Of a stretch of 64,000 bases of DNA, positions 51,320-62,871 are shown in pieces. Location: the NCBI RefSeq assembly GCF_006345805.1, contig NC_042997.1:194928001-194992000 (forward strand), written 5' to 3'. Below the pieces are notes generated by a model. It had not been told where the DNA came from. It made no database searches and saw only the letters and a program-made list of their open reading frames with translations. The stretch is from Octopus sinensis. Its lineage: Eukaryota. The position numbers and the translations under genes were made by a program. Position 1 is the first letter of the stretch, and every line of letters starts with the position of its first letter.

Positions 51320-52019
51320 TTAAAAGCAGATAAAAAAAATATAGGAAAGAAAATACAAACACATGAGAATTTTGAAACTTTTATTGCTCATTTTTTCTTT
51401 CATTTAATTTAATTATCTTTAAAAAGAATGCAAGGAAATGCGACATTTTAATAATTAAAGTAAAGTGGTTTTAATTATTTTTTTTTATTTGTGTGTTGTG
51501 TGCATATATGTTTTTATTAAGTAAAGAGTTTGTGTGAAAATAAATGCTAAAACACTTCAATTTAATTAAGATTGTGTCCGTATTGAAGAGAAGTAAACAC
51601 TGGATTAATGCTTAAATCTCCCCAAAACAAGTGTGACAATAAATTGCGTTAATGAAAAATAAACCCGAAATGGTGAATAGCAATAAAAATGTCAAGTAGT
51701 GAGTTTATGTAATGGACACAATAATGACCAATGCTTGTGTGGAAGGAAGGAGAGTGGACGTTGTTGTTGTTGTATTGTTGCAGGTATCAGTGATATGAAG
51801 GGGGTGCGATGGGGTCATAGTTTATACTGCTGACCTCACCGGTAATGGTCAACAGCGATCTGGGGCAAGGGTGGGAGTAGAGCAAGTAGATGTATTATTG
51901 ACCTTGGTGGCGGTGGTCAAATAACAATGTTTGGGAAGTGAACAGTTGTGTTTGTTGACCTTAGTAACGGTCAATAGTGATGAACCGAATAGAAGTCCTG
52001 TAGTGTAACTAAATGCTAG

Positions 52020-53220
52020 TCAATACTACGAGTGCATAAGGAAGCAACTGACCCAATATGGGTAGCCAGCTATGTGGGACTAATATAGAGCTGACCAAGT
52101 GAGGGCGCACTAACAATGTAAGGTATCATACAAGTGTCCAGGGCAGGTAGCTACCAATAAAAGGTGCTGTGCAGCTGTCCCAGTGAATGGATACTGAGCA
52201 AGCTGATTTAACAGAATATTTCATATGCTCTGCACTACTGACCCCTGGCAAAGGCACCAAATTCTCATTGGCCAGGAAAGATTTTTATAAAGAAGATCTG
52301 TAATCGAATACAGTTTATTAGTGAAACACTGTACAACTAGTGTTTCATTACATAGTAGTGTTAGGCTCAAATGTTCTGGCCCAGAGTGAGTAACTAGCGA
52401 TGTAAGGTACTACACAGCCAACCCAAAATGGGAACCTAACAATGTAAGGTACTACACAGCCAACCCAAAATGGGAACCTAACAATGTAAGGTACTACACT
52501 GCCAACCCAAAGTGGGAACCTAACAATGTAAGGTACTACACTGCCAACCCAAAGTGGGAACCTAGGAATGGAAGCTAGTCATATTAGGTACTATGAAACT
52601 GACCCAATGTGGGTAACTAGCATAGTAGAGTACTTTACAACTAACCCAATGTGGGTAACCAGCAATATAAGGTACCGTTGCAGCTGACTCAATACAGGAA
52701 GCTAGCAATGTACAGTACCACATAGCTAACCCAATGTGGGTAGCCAGCAATATAAGGTACCATGCAGCTGACTCAATACAGGAAGCTAGCAATGTACAGT
52801 ACCACATAGCTAACCCAATGTGGGTAGCTGATACTGTAGGGTACTGTACAGTAGACCCAATATGGGTACCTAGCGATGGAGGGTACTATGCAGCAAATCC
52901 AATCTAGATAGCTAGCATAGTAGAGTACCAATAACTAACCCAATGTGGGTAGCTAATACCGTAGGGTACTGTACAGTAGACCCAATATGGGTACCTAGCA
53001 ATGGAGGGTACTATGCAGCAAATCCAATATGGATAGCTAGCATAGTAGAGTACCAATAACTAACCCAATGTGGGTAGCTAATACCGTAGGGTACTGTACA
53101 GTAGACCCAATATGGGTACCTAGCAATGGAGGGTACTATGCAGCAAACCCAATCTGGATAGCTGGCATAGTAGAGTACCAATAACTAACCCAATGTAGGG
53201 TACTATGTAGCTGACTGAAT
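52020..53220. repeat. 42-bp-monomer satellite with monomer, dimer (84-85 bp) and trimer (125 bp) blocks
   Basis: Monomer starts 52418/52460/52502/52544; dimer starts 52641/52726; trimer starts 52810/52935/53060/53185. Confidence 0.9.
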
Positions 53221-54439
53221 GTAATAGGGGTATTCTCCTTTAATTATACAACTCACAACTCAACACTATCATACCTTCAGATATCGATTCATCACTTGTA
53301 CAAGGGTTTCACTTTTGTCTTTTTAAATAGGAGATGGTAAAAATAAAAATTAAAATCATAATCAGAATGATTCTAAATCGGAAATTATTTATAGTTTAAA
53401 TGCGTTTAATCCTCCTCTACCATATAACTTAAGATTTTGAAAAATTCTCAATTAACACCTGTTACATAGCAACAAATGTTTAAGCAGTATGATGGTAAGA
53501 AATAGTAAAGTAAAATAAATAAATAAATAATTAATTAATTAAATGAGTGGCTGTGTGGTAAGTAGCTTGCTAACCAACCACATAGTTCCGGGTTCAGTCC
53601 CACTGTGTGGCATCTTGGGCAAGTGTCTTCTGCTATAGCCCCGGGCCGACCAATGCCTTGTGAGTGGATTTGGTAGACGGAAACTGAAAGAAGCCTGTTG
53701 TATATATATATATATATATATATATAAGTGTGTGTGTGTGTGTGTGTATATGTTTGTGTGTCTGTGTTTGTCCCCCTAGCATTGCTTGACAACCGATGCT
53801 GGTATGTTTACGTCCCCGTCACTTGGCGGTTCGGCAAAAGAGACCGATAGAATAAGTACTGGGCTTACAAAGAATAAGTCCCGGGGTCGATTTGCTCGAC
53901 TAAAGGCGGTGCTCCAGCATGGCCACAGTCAAATGACTGAAACAAGTATAAAAGAATTTAAAAAAAAAAATAAAAGGGTTAGTTAAAGCCAATAGTTTTA
54001 ATTGAATCAAATAATAAAATTTCTGTTAGTAAATATTAAAACTAACTTCAATGAAATCGTTAGATTACTGGTTCTTCTCTAAAAATATTTTTACGTCTCT
54101 AAGTATAATTACTTTTTCTTTTTGAAACTCAATTCTATGTGTGTGTATGTGTATATATATAGAGGGAGAGTTCACGAAAAAAACAAAAGACGAAGACAGG
54201 TGGTGTAGAAAACAAACAAATGTGTATTAGTATAACGCTCAGGAATTGAAAAAGTCTTTTATGTTTCGAGCCTACGCTCTTCTACAGAAAGGGACACAGA
54301 AAAAAACAAAGAGAGAAAAAAAATGTGTGTAGCGGCTACCGATTTATCATGGCAACTGTATATATATATATGTATGTGTATAGATATACATGCACAAATG
54401 TGACCAGGTTCTTGCAGAAATTGTCAATTAGACTGACTG

Positions 54440-54970
54440 GCAAAGGATGAAGGCTAATAAATACCAGCCACCACAATCAATGGATATCAAATTCCTAAAG
54501 GAAGGTGACAAAGCACCCAAAGTGAAAGCAATGGAAGGGGACTCGTTTTCTATTTTGTGTTCAGTCTCAGACTGGGAAATGCAAGTGGACCTGAGGGGCA
54601 GTTTTGTCTTTTCAGAAGAGATAGTGGTGACACCACTCTAGCCAGACATATTCCTGCTCTCTAGGAAAATCAAAAACGGTCATCGTGGTTGAACGCACAA
54701 TGCCCTGAGAGGACAGACTCTGTATTTCCCACCAGGTAACGAAAATGAAATATCAGGATTTAGTCAACAAGACCCTAGTCAAGGGCTAGCATGCAGCCTC
54801 ATTCTCCATTGAAGTCAGTTTCTACAGCTTTCCTTCTAGATCTGTGAGCTATTTCCAGTAGAAAATAGGTCTGGAACCTAGATAATTGAAGAAAGCCATC
54901 TAGGAAATAGGCATGTCAGCTGAAACTAGCTCAAGGTGGCTACGGTTGATAAGAAACCACAAGTGGAACC
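54440..54970 (+). mobile_element. Decayed RLE-type (HERO/NeSL-like) LINE C-terminal fragment
   Basis: DWEMQVDLRGSFVFSEEIVVTPL*PDIFLLS..KTVIVVE.TMP*E..KYQDL..IEV....AETSSRWL, with stops and frameshifts. Confidence 0.6.
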
Positions 54971-55569
54971 CTTCTGTAGGTGAAAACTATGTCCTCACTG
55001 CCTGAAGCGTACAGGCTAAATGTACAGGGAAAATGCATGTGACTTTGACAATTTTTGATATCTTGGTATCTGAAGAAGCTGGAGATACGATAGTCTGACC
55101 AAAAGAACCGGCTATTGCAAGCAAAAATAAATATTGAAAAAAATGCCATTGGGCAATTTTGGACACATGACAGTTTATCATAATAGTAACGATATGTATT
55201 CACATGTGTGTGTGTGTGTATATATATATATATAGTTGAAATTTATAGAAAAACAATAGATGAAGACAGGTGTATGAACAACAAGCAAGTGTATTAGTTT
55301 GACACCCAGGAAAATGAAAAAGTCTTTTATGTTTCGAGCCTATGCTCTTCAACAGGAAAGAATAAGAGCAAATATACAGAGAGAGAATGTGTAGATTTCA
55401 GCGGTCTGCACATACATATATATATACACACATAGACATATATATATATATAGTCTCCTTTATTAAAGCTGAAGCTAAAAGTTCTTCTCATGATATGAAA
55501 TATATAATTGAGTTTCTTGAAAGAAAAGAAATAGTTATACTTTATCATCATGATCATCATTTAATGCCT

Positions 55570-55626
55570 GTTTCCATGCTGGCATATATATGTGTGTGTG
55601 TGTTTGCATATGCTGCATACACACAC

Positions 55627-55673
<47 letters not shown>

Positions 55674-55921
55674 ATATGTATGGGTTGAGGAAGTGGGAGA
55701 GGAGGTAGGTGATCACAGTGAATGAGAGCTGTGAAGAGTGAAGTGTGGGTTTTGAGTAAAGAGGGTCAAGAAAGTGGAGGGTGGTGGGGAAAAAGTTGTG
55801 AAGAAGGGGTGGCAGTGTATTTTGAAATTTTGGTTGTTGATATATATATATATGTATGTATGTATATGTATGTATGTATATATATATGTGTGTGTGTGTG
55901 TATGTATATATATGATGTATA

Positions 55922-55970
<49 letters not shown>

Positions 55971-55991
55971 GTATATATATGTGTATGTATG

Positions 55992-56050
<59 letters not shown>

Positions 56051-56070
56051 TATATATATATATATATTGA
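55570..56070. repeat. (TA)n/(TG)n compound microsatellites
   Basis: Direct reading; source of several spurious ORFs. Confidence 0.9.
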
Positions 56071-56085
56071 AGTTAAAGTTCAATC

Positions 56086-56091
56086 TTTATT
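56086..56091 (-). terminator. Candidate polyadenylation signal of the GPCPD1-like gene
   Basis: AATAAA on the minus strand about 140 nt after the TGA. Confidence 0.4.
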
Positions 56092-56227
56092 TTTATAGGA
56101 TATGTTTAAATTAAAACTAAAATAAAACAAAACCAATGTGTCATATCTGTGAAGATTTCAGAAGAAAGCAGTTCAAAAAAAAAAAAAAAAAAAAAAAGAG
56201 AAATTTTTTTTCCATCCCATCAAATTC

Positions 56228-59200
56228 TCAGACTATCTTTAAAACACTTGCAGGTCCATATACATCCATTCTGAAGAAGAGGAAAATATAGAATTAACAG
56301 AAATATTCTTGTTCTTTCTAAAAAAAAAAAAGGAAGGCAAGTTTTGTTTAGATTTGGGGATTAGCAGAGATCAGGCAACTGCCATAATACGAAGATGATG
56401 ATGAAAACCTTTTAATTACCTTTGTTGGAGCAGAATCAGTAGATTTTCTTAAACAAAAATAGCAACTTATTTTGAAAATATTTAGAAAAGTTTTTGATAT
56501 CTAAACAGCTTCTGAATAGCATTTTTGTATATATTGAAGCAACTACAGCTGATAGTTTTGATATTAAAATGATTTACAGGTTTTGTGCCTCCCATTAACC
56601 AATATTTTGTCATTTACTTCAACATTTCTATTGGGTTGTCCGGAAAGTTCATGCCGATTTATAGTAGCTTACCTTTCGACTTATTTTAGAACATGGTTGA
56701 GTCCATAAAATAGGATTTGACGACACCTCCATTTAGAGCACAGTTTAAGCAATCTTTTCGTGGAAGAAGGTTTATGTTCCTATAACCTGTGTTAATTCTG
56801 TAACCCTTTAAAATGGAAGATAAGAAAGTTCATTTTCGGCACTTGATGCTTTGGGAACCAGACAAAAATTGCTGCAACTCAGCTGGGATATGTTACCCCA
56901 CCCTCCATATTCACCAGATATTGCTCCTTCGGATTTCCACTTATTCAGGTCTCTGCAGAATAGTCTTAATGGTAAAAGTTTTAATTCCTTGGATGACATT
57001 AAAAGATACCTTGATGAATTCTTTGCCATGAAACCACCTCAATTCTGGGAAGAAGGTATTTTCAAGTTAAAGGAAAGATGGAGACACATTGTGCAACAAA
57101 ATGGTTCATATTTGGTTGATTAAAAATGTAATGGCAAATATTTATTGACCTTTTTCTTTCTTTTAAAAATTGGCACAAACTTTCCGAACAACCCAATACA
57201 TATAATACATAGCCATATGTAAAGTGAACAGCAAGGATGAAAACAATGACTTGTATATTTATCAATATGTTTTGACAGATCTAACTGCTGTGTTTTGTCA
57301 TTGGAAAAATAACTTTTCCTTTATCATAAATGTATATCCATGAGACAAAATGATTTCAAAACATCAGCCATCTCAGAATCCCATGCTCTCATGAATCAGG
57401 TATGTCATGAACACATTCCTCTTAATCTTTTAGCATTGAGATTTCAATTATGTGAATATTTATTTTATGGCTAACATTGTAGAGTAGGTGTGAGAGGCTG
57501 GATCTGGCAAGTTTGAACATAAGACAGGTAGAATTTTTAAGTTGGATGTTACCAGTTTAAGTGGGTAAAGGGCTAAAGGAAAATTGTCCTGTGTCTAAAC
57601 AGCAGTTAGCATACGAGTATTCACAAGTGAATCTGCCAGAATCTATGAAGAATAATTATGTAAATCATAGTTTCTACATATGTTTCACCAAAATGGTAGC
57701 AACAAAATTATGTAACTTATAATGACCACCACCAAAGAACTGCCTTTATGTAGTGTTCAACAGAGTTATTTTATAACTCTATAGGAAATTCAATCATTGA
57801 AATGAATGAAGTAATTGTCAGCTATACAGTGGTCGCTGATATTTTGAGCAGTAAACTCCATCTCACAATATTATTAATTTACAGCAGCACTGAACTATAC
57901 ATACTGTATTTGATAGCATAAAAGATGTATGGGCGTATTAGATACACCCAATTTCAGCAGTACAAATTCTGGAAAAAAAGATTTTTAGTGCATTAACCCT
58001 TTTGATAGCAACCTGGCTGGGATTGGCCCTAGTTGTACGATATAAACTTCTTGTTTCAAAGTGATTTAAACTAAGACTGTCAATTGATATTCCATGTTAA
58101 TTTATGTTCCAAACACCACCTTAATAATGGTTTCAAATTTTGGTACAAGGCCAGCAATTTCAGGGAAGGGTTAAAGCGAGTTCATTGATCCCCAGTGCTC
58201 AACTGGTACTTATATTATCGATTCCGAAAGGATGGAAGGCAAAGTTGACCTCGACAGAATTCAAACTCAGAACATAATGAAACAGCACTAAGCATTTTGC
58301 CTGACACGTTAAGAATTCTGCCAACTCACCGTCTTACACCAGTTTAATGGTGACAAAGTTGTTTGACTACATTCTTCATTATTTTAAAAATTATTTGAAA
58401 AACAGCAAAGTATTTCAACTGGGATGTGTGTCAAAAGGGTTAAAGCATGCATTATTAAAAGCAACTTTACATATCGGAGCCAGCGTGATTTCTTTTTTTT
58501 AAAGTGGGTCTTATATGCCATCAGATACAGTAATTAAGACATTTGCCAAAATGACAAAACAATTTTGAAATAAAAGCCTTAGGCTCCATTTGATACTTGT
58601 GTTCACTGATAGTACTTCCTAAGTGAGTAACTAAGACATGCTCTTTCGTCTTTCTTGCCTGAATAGTCATGTGACAAAGTGTTGCATTATGGGAAAGCTA
58701 CCTGTGTCATTTACCTAGCAGTAGAACAAATCGAAAGAAAGTGAGAGAATTTGATTAGGATGACAGTTCCACTTTGGTTAGTCTTTCTACAAAGACTAAC
58801 CAACATAAACAGTTTTCTGTCAATCTGTTTTTGTAACATTATCAGTTTTATTTCTCAACACTTTGCACTGACCAATCTCTTATTACTTACAAAGCTTATA
58901 TTCAATTTTCTGTAAAAGCAGACTTCCTGAATTGCCACTGAAACAGTTACTTCGGCCACGTGTCTTCTGTCATGGCCAAACGGTAAAGCTATTTAACTGA
59001 CACGATTTAGCTGCTGATCCCAGTGGCGCCATGTCTTTCCTTTGTCATAACTACTCTGATGTTTTAAGTCTTCAAAGGGAAACAAGGGTGTAAATTAGAA
59101 GACTAAACAATCATAGATATAACTTAGAAAGAATTTAGCTTCTTACAGTCAAGGGTTGAATGAAATAGGCAAAATAAACAAGCAATACAAAGATGTCTAG

Positions 59201-59574
59201 GACTAGACAATATTGATTGAAGAATGTTTCATAATGAAGTTCGTAAGGATGTGAAGCTGTAAAATACATCATTTGCATCAGAATCATCTTCACATAGTGA
59301 TTTAGAACAAGACACAATAGAAGAGTTTCTCCAGGCCCATGAGAGGATATGAGCTTACTATCTTCAGTTGTTTACTTGTTTCAGTCATTAGACTATGGCC
59401 ATGCTGGGGCAGTTCTTTGAAGTGTTTGAACAAATTCAGCCCAGTACTTATATTTTGCAAGCCTAGTACTAATATTATTGGTCTCTTTTGCCAAACTGCT
59501 AAGTTATGGGGGACATAAACACATCCGCATTGGTTGTTAAGTGATGGTGGGGAGTCAAACACAGACACACCTAC

Positions 59575-59614
<40 letters not shown>

Positions 59615-62445
59615 TGATGCCAGTGCCGCCTTGACTGGCTTCTGTGCCAGTGGCACGTAAAAAGCACCAACCGATCATGGCCGGTGCCAGACTATCTGGC
59701 TTCTGTGCCGGTGGCACATAAAAAGCACCCACTACTCTCACGGAGTGGTTGGCGTTAGGAAGGGCATCCAGCTGTAAAAACACTGCCAGATCAGACTGGC
59801 GTCTGGTGCAGCCTCCTGGCTTCCCAGACCCCGGTCGAACCGTCCAACCCATGCTAGCACGGAAAACGGACGTTAAACGATGATGATGATACATATTTAT
59901 ATATTTATAAGTCCTGGGGTCAATTTGCTTGACTAAAGGCGGTGCTCCAGCATGACCACAATTACATGACTGAAACAAGTAAAAGAGTATCAATATTTAC
60001 ATACACTACATGATAACCTGTCTACCACTAACAGTGACACAGCAGCCATGTAGAAATGGCACCCATTGTTGATTGGGTAGCCTGAGGCAAACGGTTATAT
60101 CTTTGCTGTGTGTTACATCATAGTAGCTTCTTTAATTTCACAGCTTCATGTACAAAAATGTTTAACTCTTTTACTGTGGAAATCAGATATATCCACCTAA
60201 AATTTCATTTCTCTTAATTACAGAAAGAGTTTTAAATACTAATTTATCATTTGATGAAGTATGTTATGTTTGGAAAAACTTTTTGCTGAGATATGTCAAG
60301 AAGATATGACAGAAAATACTAATTGTACTTTTTGGTAGCTATTTAGCGTCATTAGTGGAATAACCAATTTCACAGTTGAAGGATTAAAAGAAGGAAAAAG
60401 ACACAAATGTACAGAAATGTTTGCAAGAAGGTGGGGAAAAAAACCTAGAAAGGATTTTGTTTAAAATTCTAGGAATTAGTTAAGTGTTCTTATAACAAAA
60501 AATAAACAAGAACCATGTCTCCACTCTTGTAAAAAAAACAAGCAAACAAAAAAAAAACCCAGATTCTGATTCTGTCTGACTCCATCTCTTCACTAGAAAA
60601 AAAAATCTATATATTAAACAAATGATGCAGAAGGAGAGCTTCAAGTACATTGACCTGCCATCAGAAATGTGAGTTTTAAGTACCATAAATCCTCGAGTAT
60701 AGTCCACCCTTGAGTATAATACGCAGGGGATTTTTAGGGGGACTGTACCTCTGAAAAATCTAAACCTTGTGTATAATACGCACCCCTTCTCTAACTTGAG
60801 TCAAGGCGGTCTATATAACGTCCTTGGTTTGTAAAACTGTATACAGTAATGTCCTTTATTATTATTGTATATATAACATAATGCAAACATGTAGCTTTTT
60901 TGAGCATTTTGTTTACAGAAAATAAAGAAATAACCGTAATAACGTTTAATAAATGTTATTTACTGCAAGTTATGGATGATTCTTTTATGACTTCATTGCT
61001 TTCAGGCTTAGCTTAAGGTATTTTCGCGTCTGACATCACAAAATGCGTCTGAATAAACATAGCCAGACAGCAAATAGAGACTCGGACATTGCTTAGAAAG
61101 TAATTTTCATTTTTAACCTCGTATATAGTAGGCAGTAGGGATTTTGACCTTTAAATTTTGGGGAAAAAATGCGGATTATACTCGAGGATTTATGGTAGAT
61201 CCTGCCATTTTGATTGCTTTATCTGCTGAGTATGATAACAGCAACACACATTCACTGGACAAAATGGGGTCACTACCCATTGAACAACCAAAATAGCAGG
61301 ACCTACATAAACTCACAATTCTAAAGCATTCACTTCTAATGATGGCCTTTGTGCCTGAAATATATAAAAGTAACTCAACTTCCCATTTTCACATTGTCAG
61401 AAGCTCTTCTTCATTATATGTTAGTTTACTCCTGACTTACAATGCTTCAAGCAAACTACACCACTCTTCAACTGCATATTTTTTCTATGACACCAACAAT
61501 GATTATTTCTACAGACAGCTGTTTCAAATATTATCTAATGAGGTTAAATGAGGCTGAACATTAGACAGGAATCTAACTTACCGATTATATATTAATCCTG
61601 TAAGTGGATAATCTGTTAAAACCTTCATGTTATCGCAGTTTTCAATATCAGTTCCCCAAGCAATAAGTGACAAATTTTCTCGGGCACACATCTCCATAAG
61701 TTCTGTATCTTTCAGTAACTCTTCTGCATGAGCACAAATACCCTTAAAAATAGAAAACAAACAAATAATGTGTAGATTAGACCAGGGTATGGTTGTGTAG
61801 TTAAGAAGATTGCTTTGTAACCATACGTTTTGGGTTCAGTCCCACTTCATGGCACTTTGGGCAAGTGTATTCTACTATAACCCTAGGTTGACTAAAGCCT
61901 TGTGAGTGGATTTGGAAGATCGAAATTGAAAGAGACAGTTGTGTGTGTGTGTTAATCAAAGTGTACGTGGACAGATATATGAGTGCATTTTTTTCCCTAA
62001 CTTATGAACTCTTAGATGGCTTGCTTACACACACCCTCCTCCTCCTCATCATCATTTAATGTCCGTTTAATGTCCAATGCTGGTGTCATGTAAAAAGCAC
62101 TCAGTACAACAGACAAGTGGAACCTGGTGCAGCTTGCCAACTCCTTTCAAGCTGACCAATTAATGCCAGCAGACATTTAAAGAGTCTCTTTGAGTGGCTC
62201 TTTGTTTAGAGGTAAAACTAAAAGCTGATAAATTTTACTTTCATTGTTTTCCCTAAATTTAATGTTAATTTTCATAGAATCGACAAACAATGGTGAAAGA
62301 ACTACTCACAGGAAGAGATTCAGCCTTCGCAAAGCTAATAGCAGTGCTTGTTGTATGGCAACGGGCATCCTTGTAGGACATCCAATGACTATTTATTCCC
62401 TGTGTCAAAAACAGAACAGGATACTTGTTCTGTTTTAAATGTAAC
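56228..62445 (-). CDS. GPCPD1: GPCPD1/GDE5-like glycerophosphodiester phosphodiesterase, last three exons (5' part beyond the right edge)
   Basis: Exons 62445-62310 (LHLKQNKYPVLFLTQGINSHWMSYKDARCHTTSTAISFAKAESLP), 61742-61582 (GICAHAEELLKDTELMEMCARENLSLIAWGTDIENCDNMKVLTDYPLTGLIYN(R)) and 56270-56228 (MDVYGPASVLKIV*) join with phases 2-0-2. They resemble the human GPCPD1 C-terminal segment as I recall it (KQNKYPILFLTQG...GINVHTEDLL...WG...GLIYDR). Orthologue versus paralogue not resolvable here. Confidence 0.82.
56631..57196 (+). mobile_element. Internally deleted mariner element, 566 bp, copy 2 (GPCPD1-like last intron)
   Basis: Same length, same deletion junction, TA TSD; about 97% identical to copy 1 by eye. 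Confidence 0.93.
57997..58439. mobile_element. piggyBac-like MITE with an internal SINE
   Basis: TTAA flanks; TIR CCCTTTTGA; SINE family B sequence at about 58125-58335. Confidence 0.7.
60683..61195. mobile_element. Tc2/pogo-like MITE, 513 bp
   Basis: TA TSD; 25-bp TIR CCATAAATCCTCGAGTATA(G/A)TCC(A/G)C with 2 mismatches. Confidence 0.85.
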
Positions 62446-62637
62446 CTGTTAAAAATAGAAATAGAAATAATTAACTGATTGTATACAGAGCTCGGGTGCA
62501 CTACAACTCATTGGAAAAAGTAGCCAAAAGTGCATGAACAGTACGCAGAATAAGCACAGGATGTGAACAGTAAATGAGTCATTAACGAAAAAGGTGAGGG
62601 TGAAGTGGGGGTATCAGGTATACTGTTGGTGAATGTT

Positions 62638-62871
62638 AGGTGGCGAGCTGGCAGAAACGTTAGCACGCCAGGCGAAATGCTTAGCGGTATTTCATCTGCC
62701 GTTACGTTCTGAGTTCAAATTCCGCCGAGGTCGACTTTGCCTTTCATCCTTTCGGGGTCGATAAATTAAGGACCAGTTACGTACTGGGGTCGATATAATC
62801 GACTTAATCTGTTTGTCTGTGCTTGTTTGTCCTCTCTGTGTTTAACCCCTTGTGAGTAGTAAAGAAATAGG
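62638..62871 (+). mobile_element. tRNA-related SINE (family B) with ~21-25-bp TSD, inserted in a CR1 fragment; about 12 copies in the window
   Basis: AGGTATACTGTTGGTGAATGT(T/C)AGG at 62616-62640 and 62869-62893. Other copies near 8130-8430, 14450-14865, 25435-25605, 32020-32400, 44600-44815, 46563-46795 and 49975-50360. Confidence 0.85.

Noticed and set aside
52400-53220. CRISPR-like or protein-coding reading of the 42-bp array
   Set aside because: No unique spacers and eukaryotic context. Stops and the 125-bp period break the frame, so it is kept only as a satellite.
53275-53320. Possible minus-strand mini-exon DKSETLVQVMNRYLK with a GTATGA donor
   Set aside because: Weak acceptor, no partner exons, and it lies downstream of the GPCPD1-like stop.
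55722-56114. ORFs rich in YI/CV/HT (also 1030-1274, 19350-19581, 35620-35938)
   Set aside because: Translations of microsatellites.
59147-59256. Candidate AG...GT exon (SHPYELHYETFFNQY...) in the GPCPD1-like last intron
   Set aside because: Phase 1-to-0 does not fit the phase-2 intron and the peptide has no GDPD similarity; needs RNA evidence.
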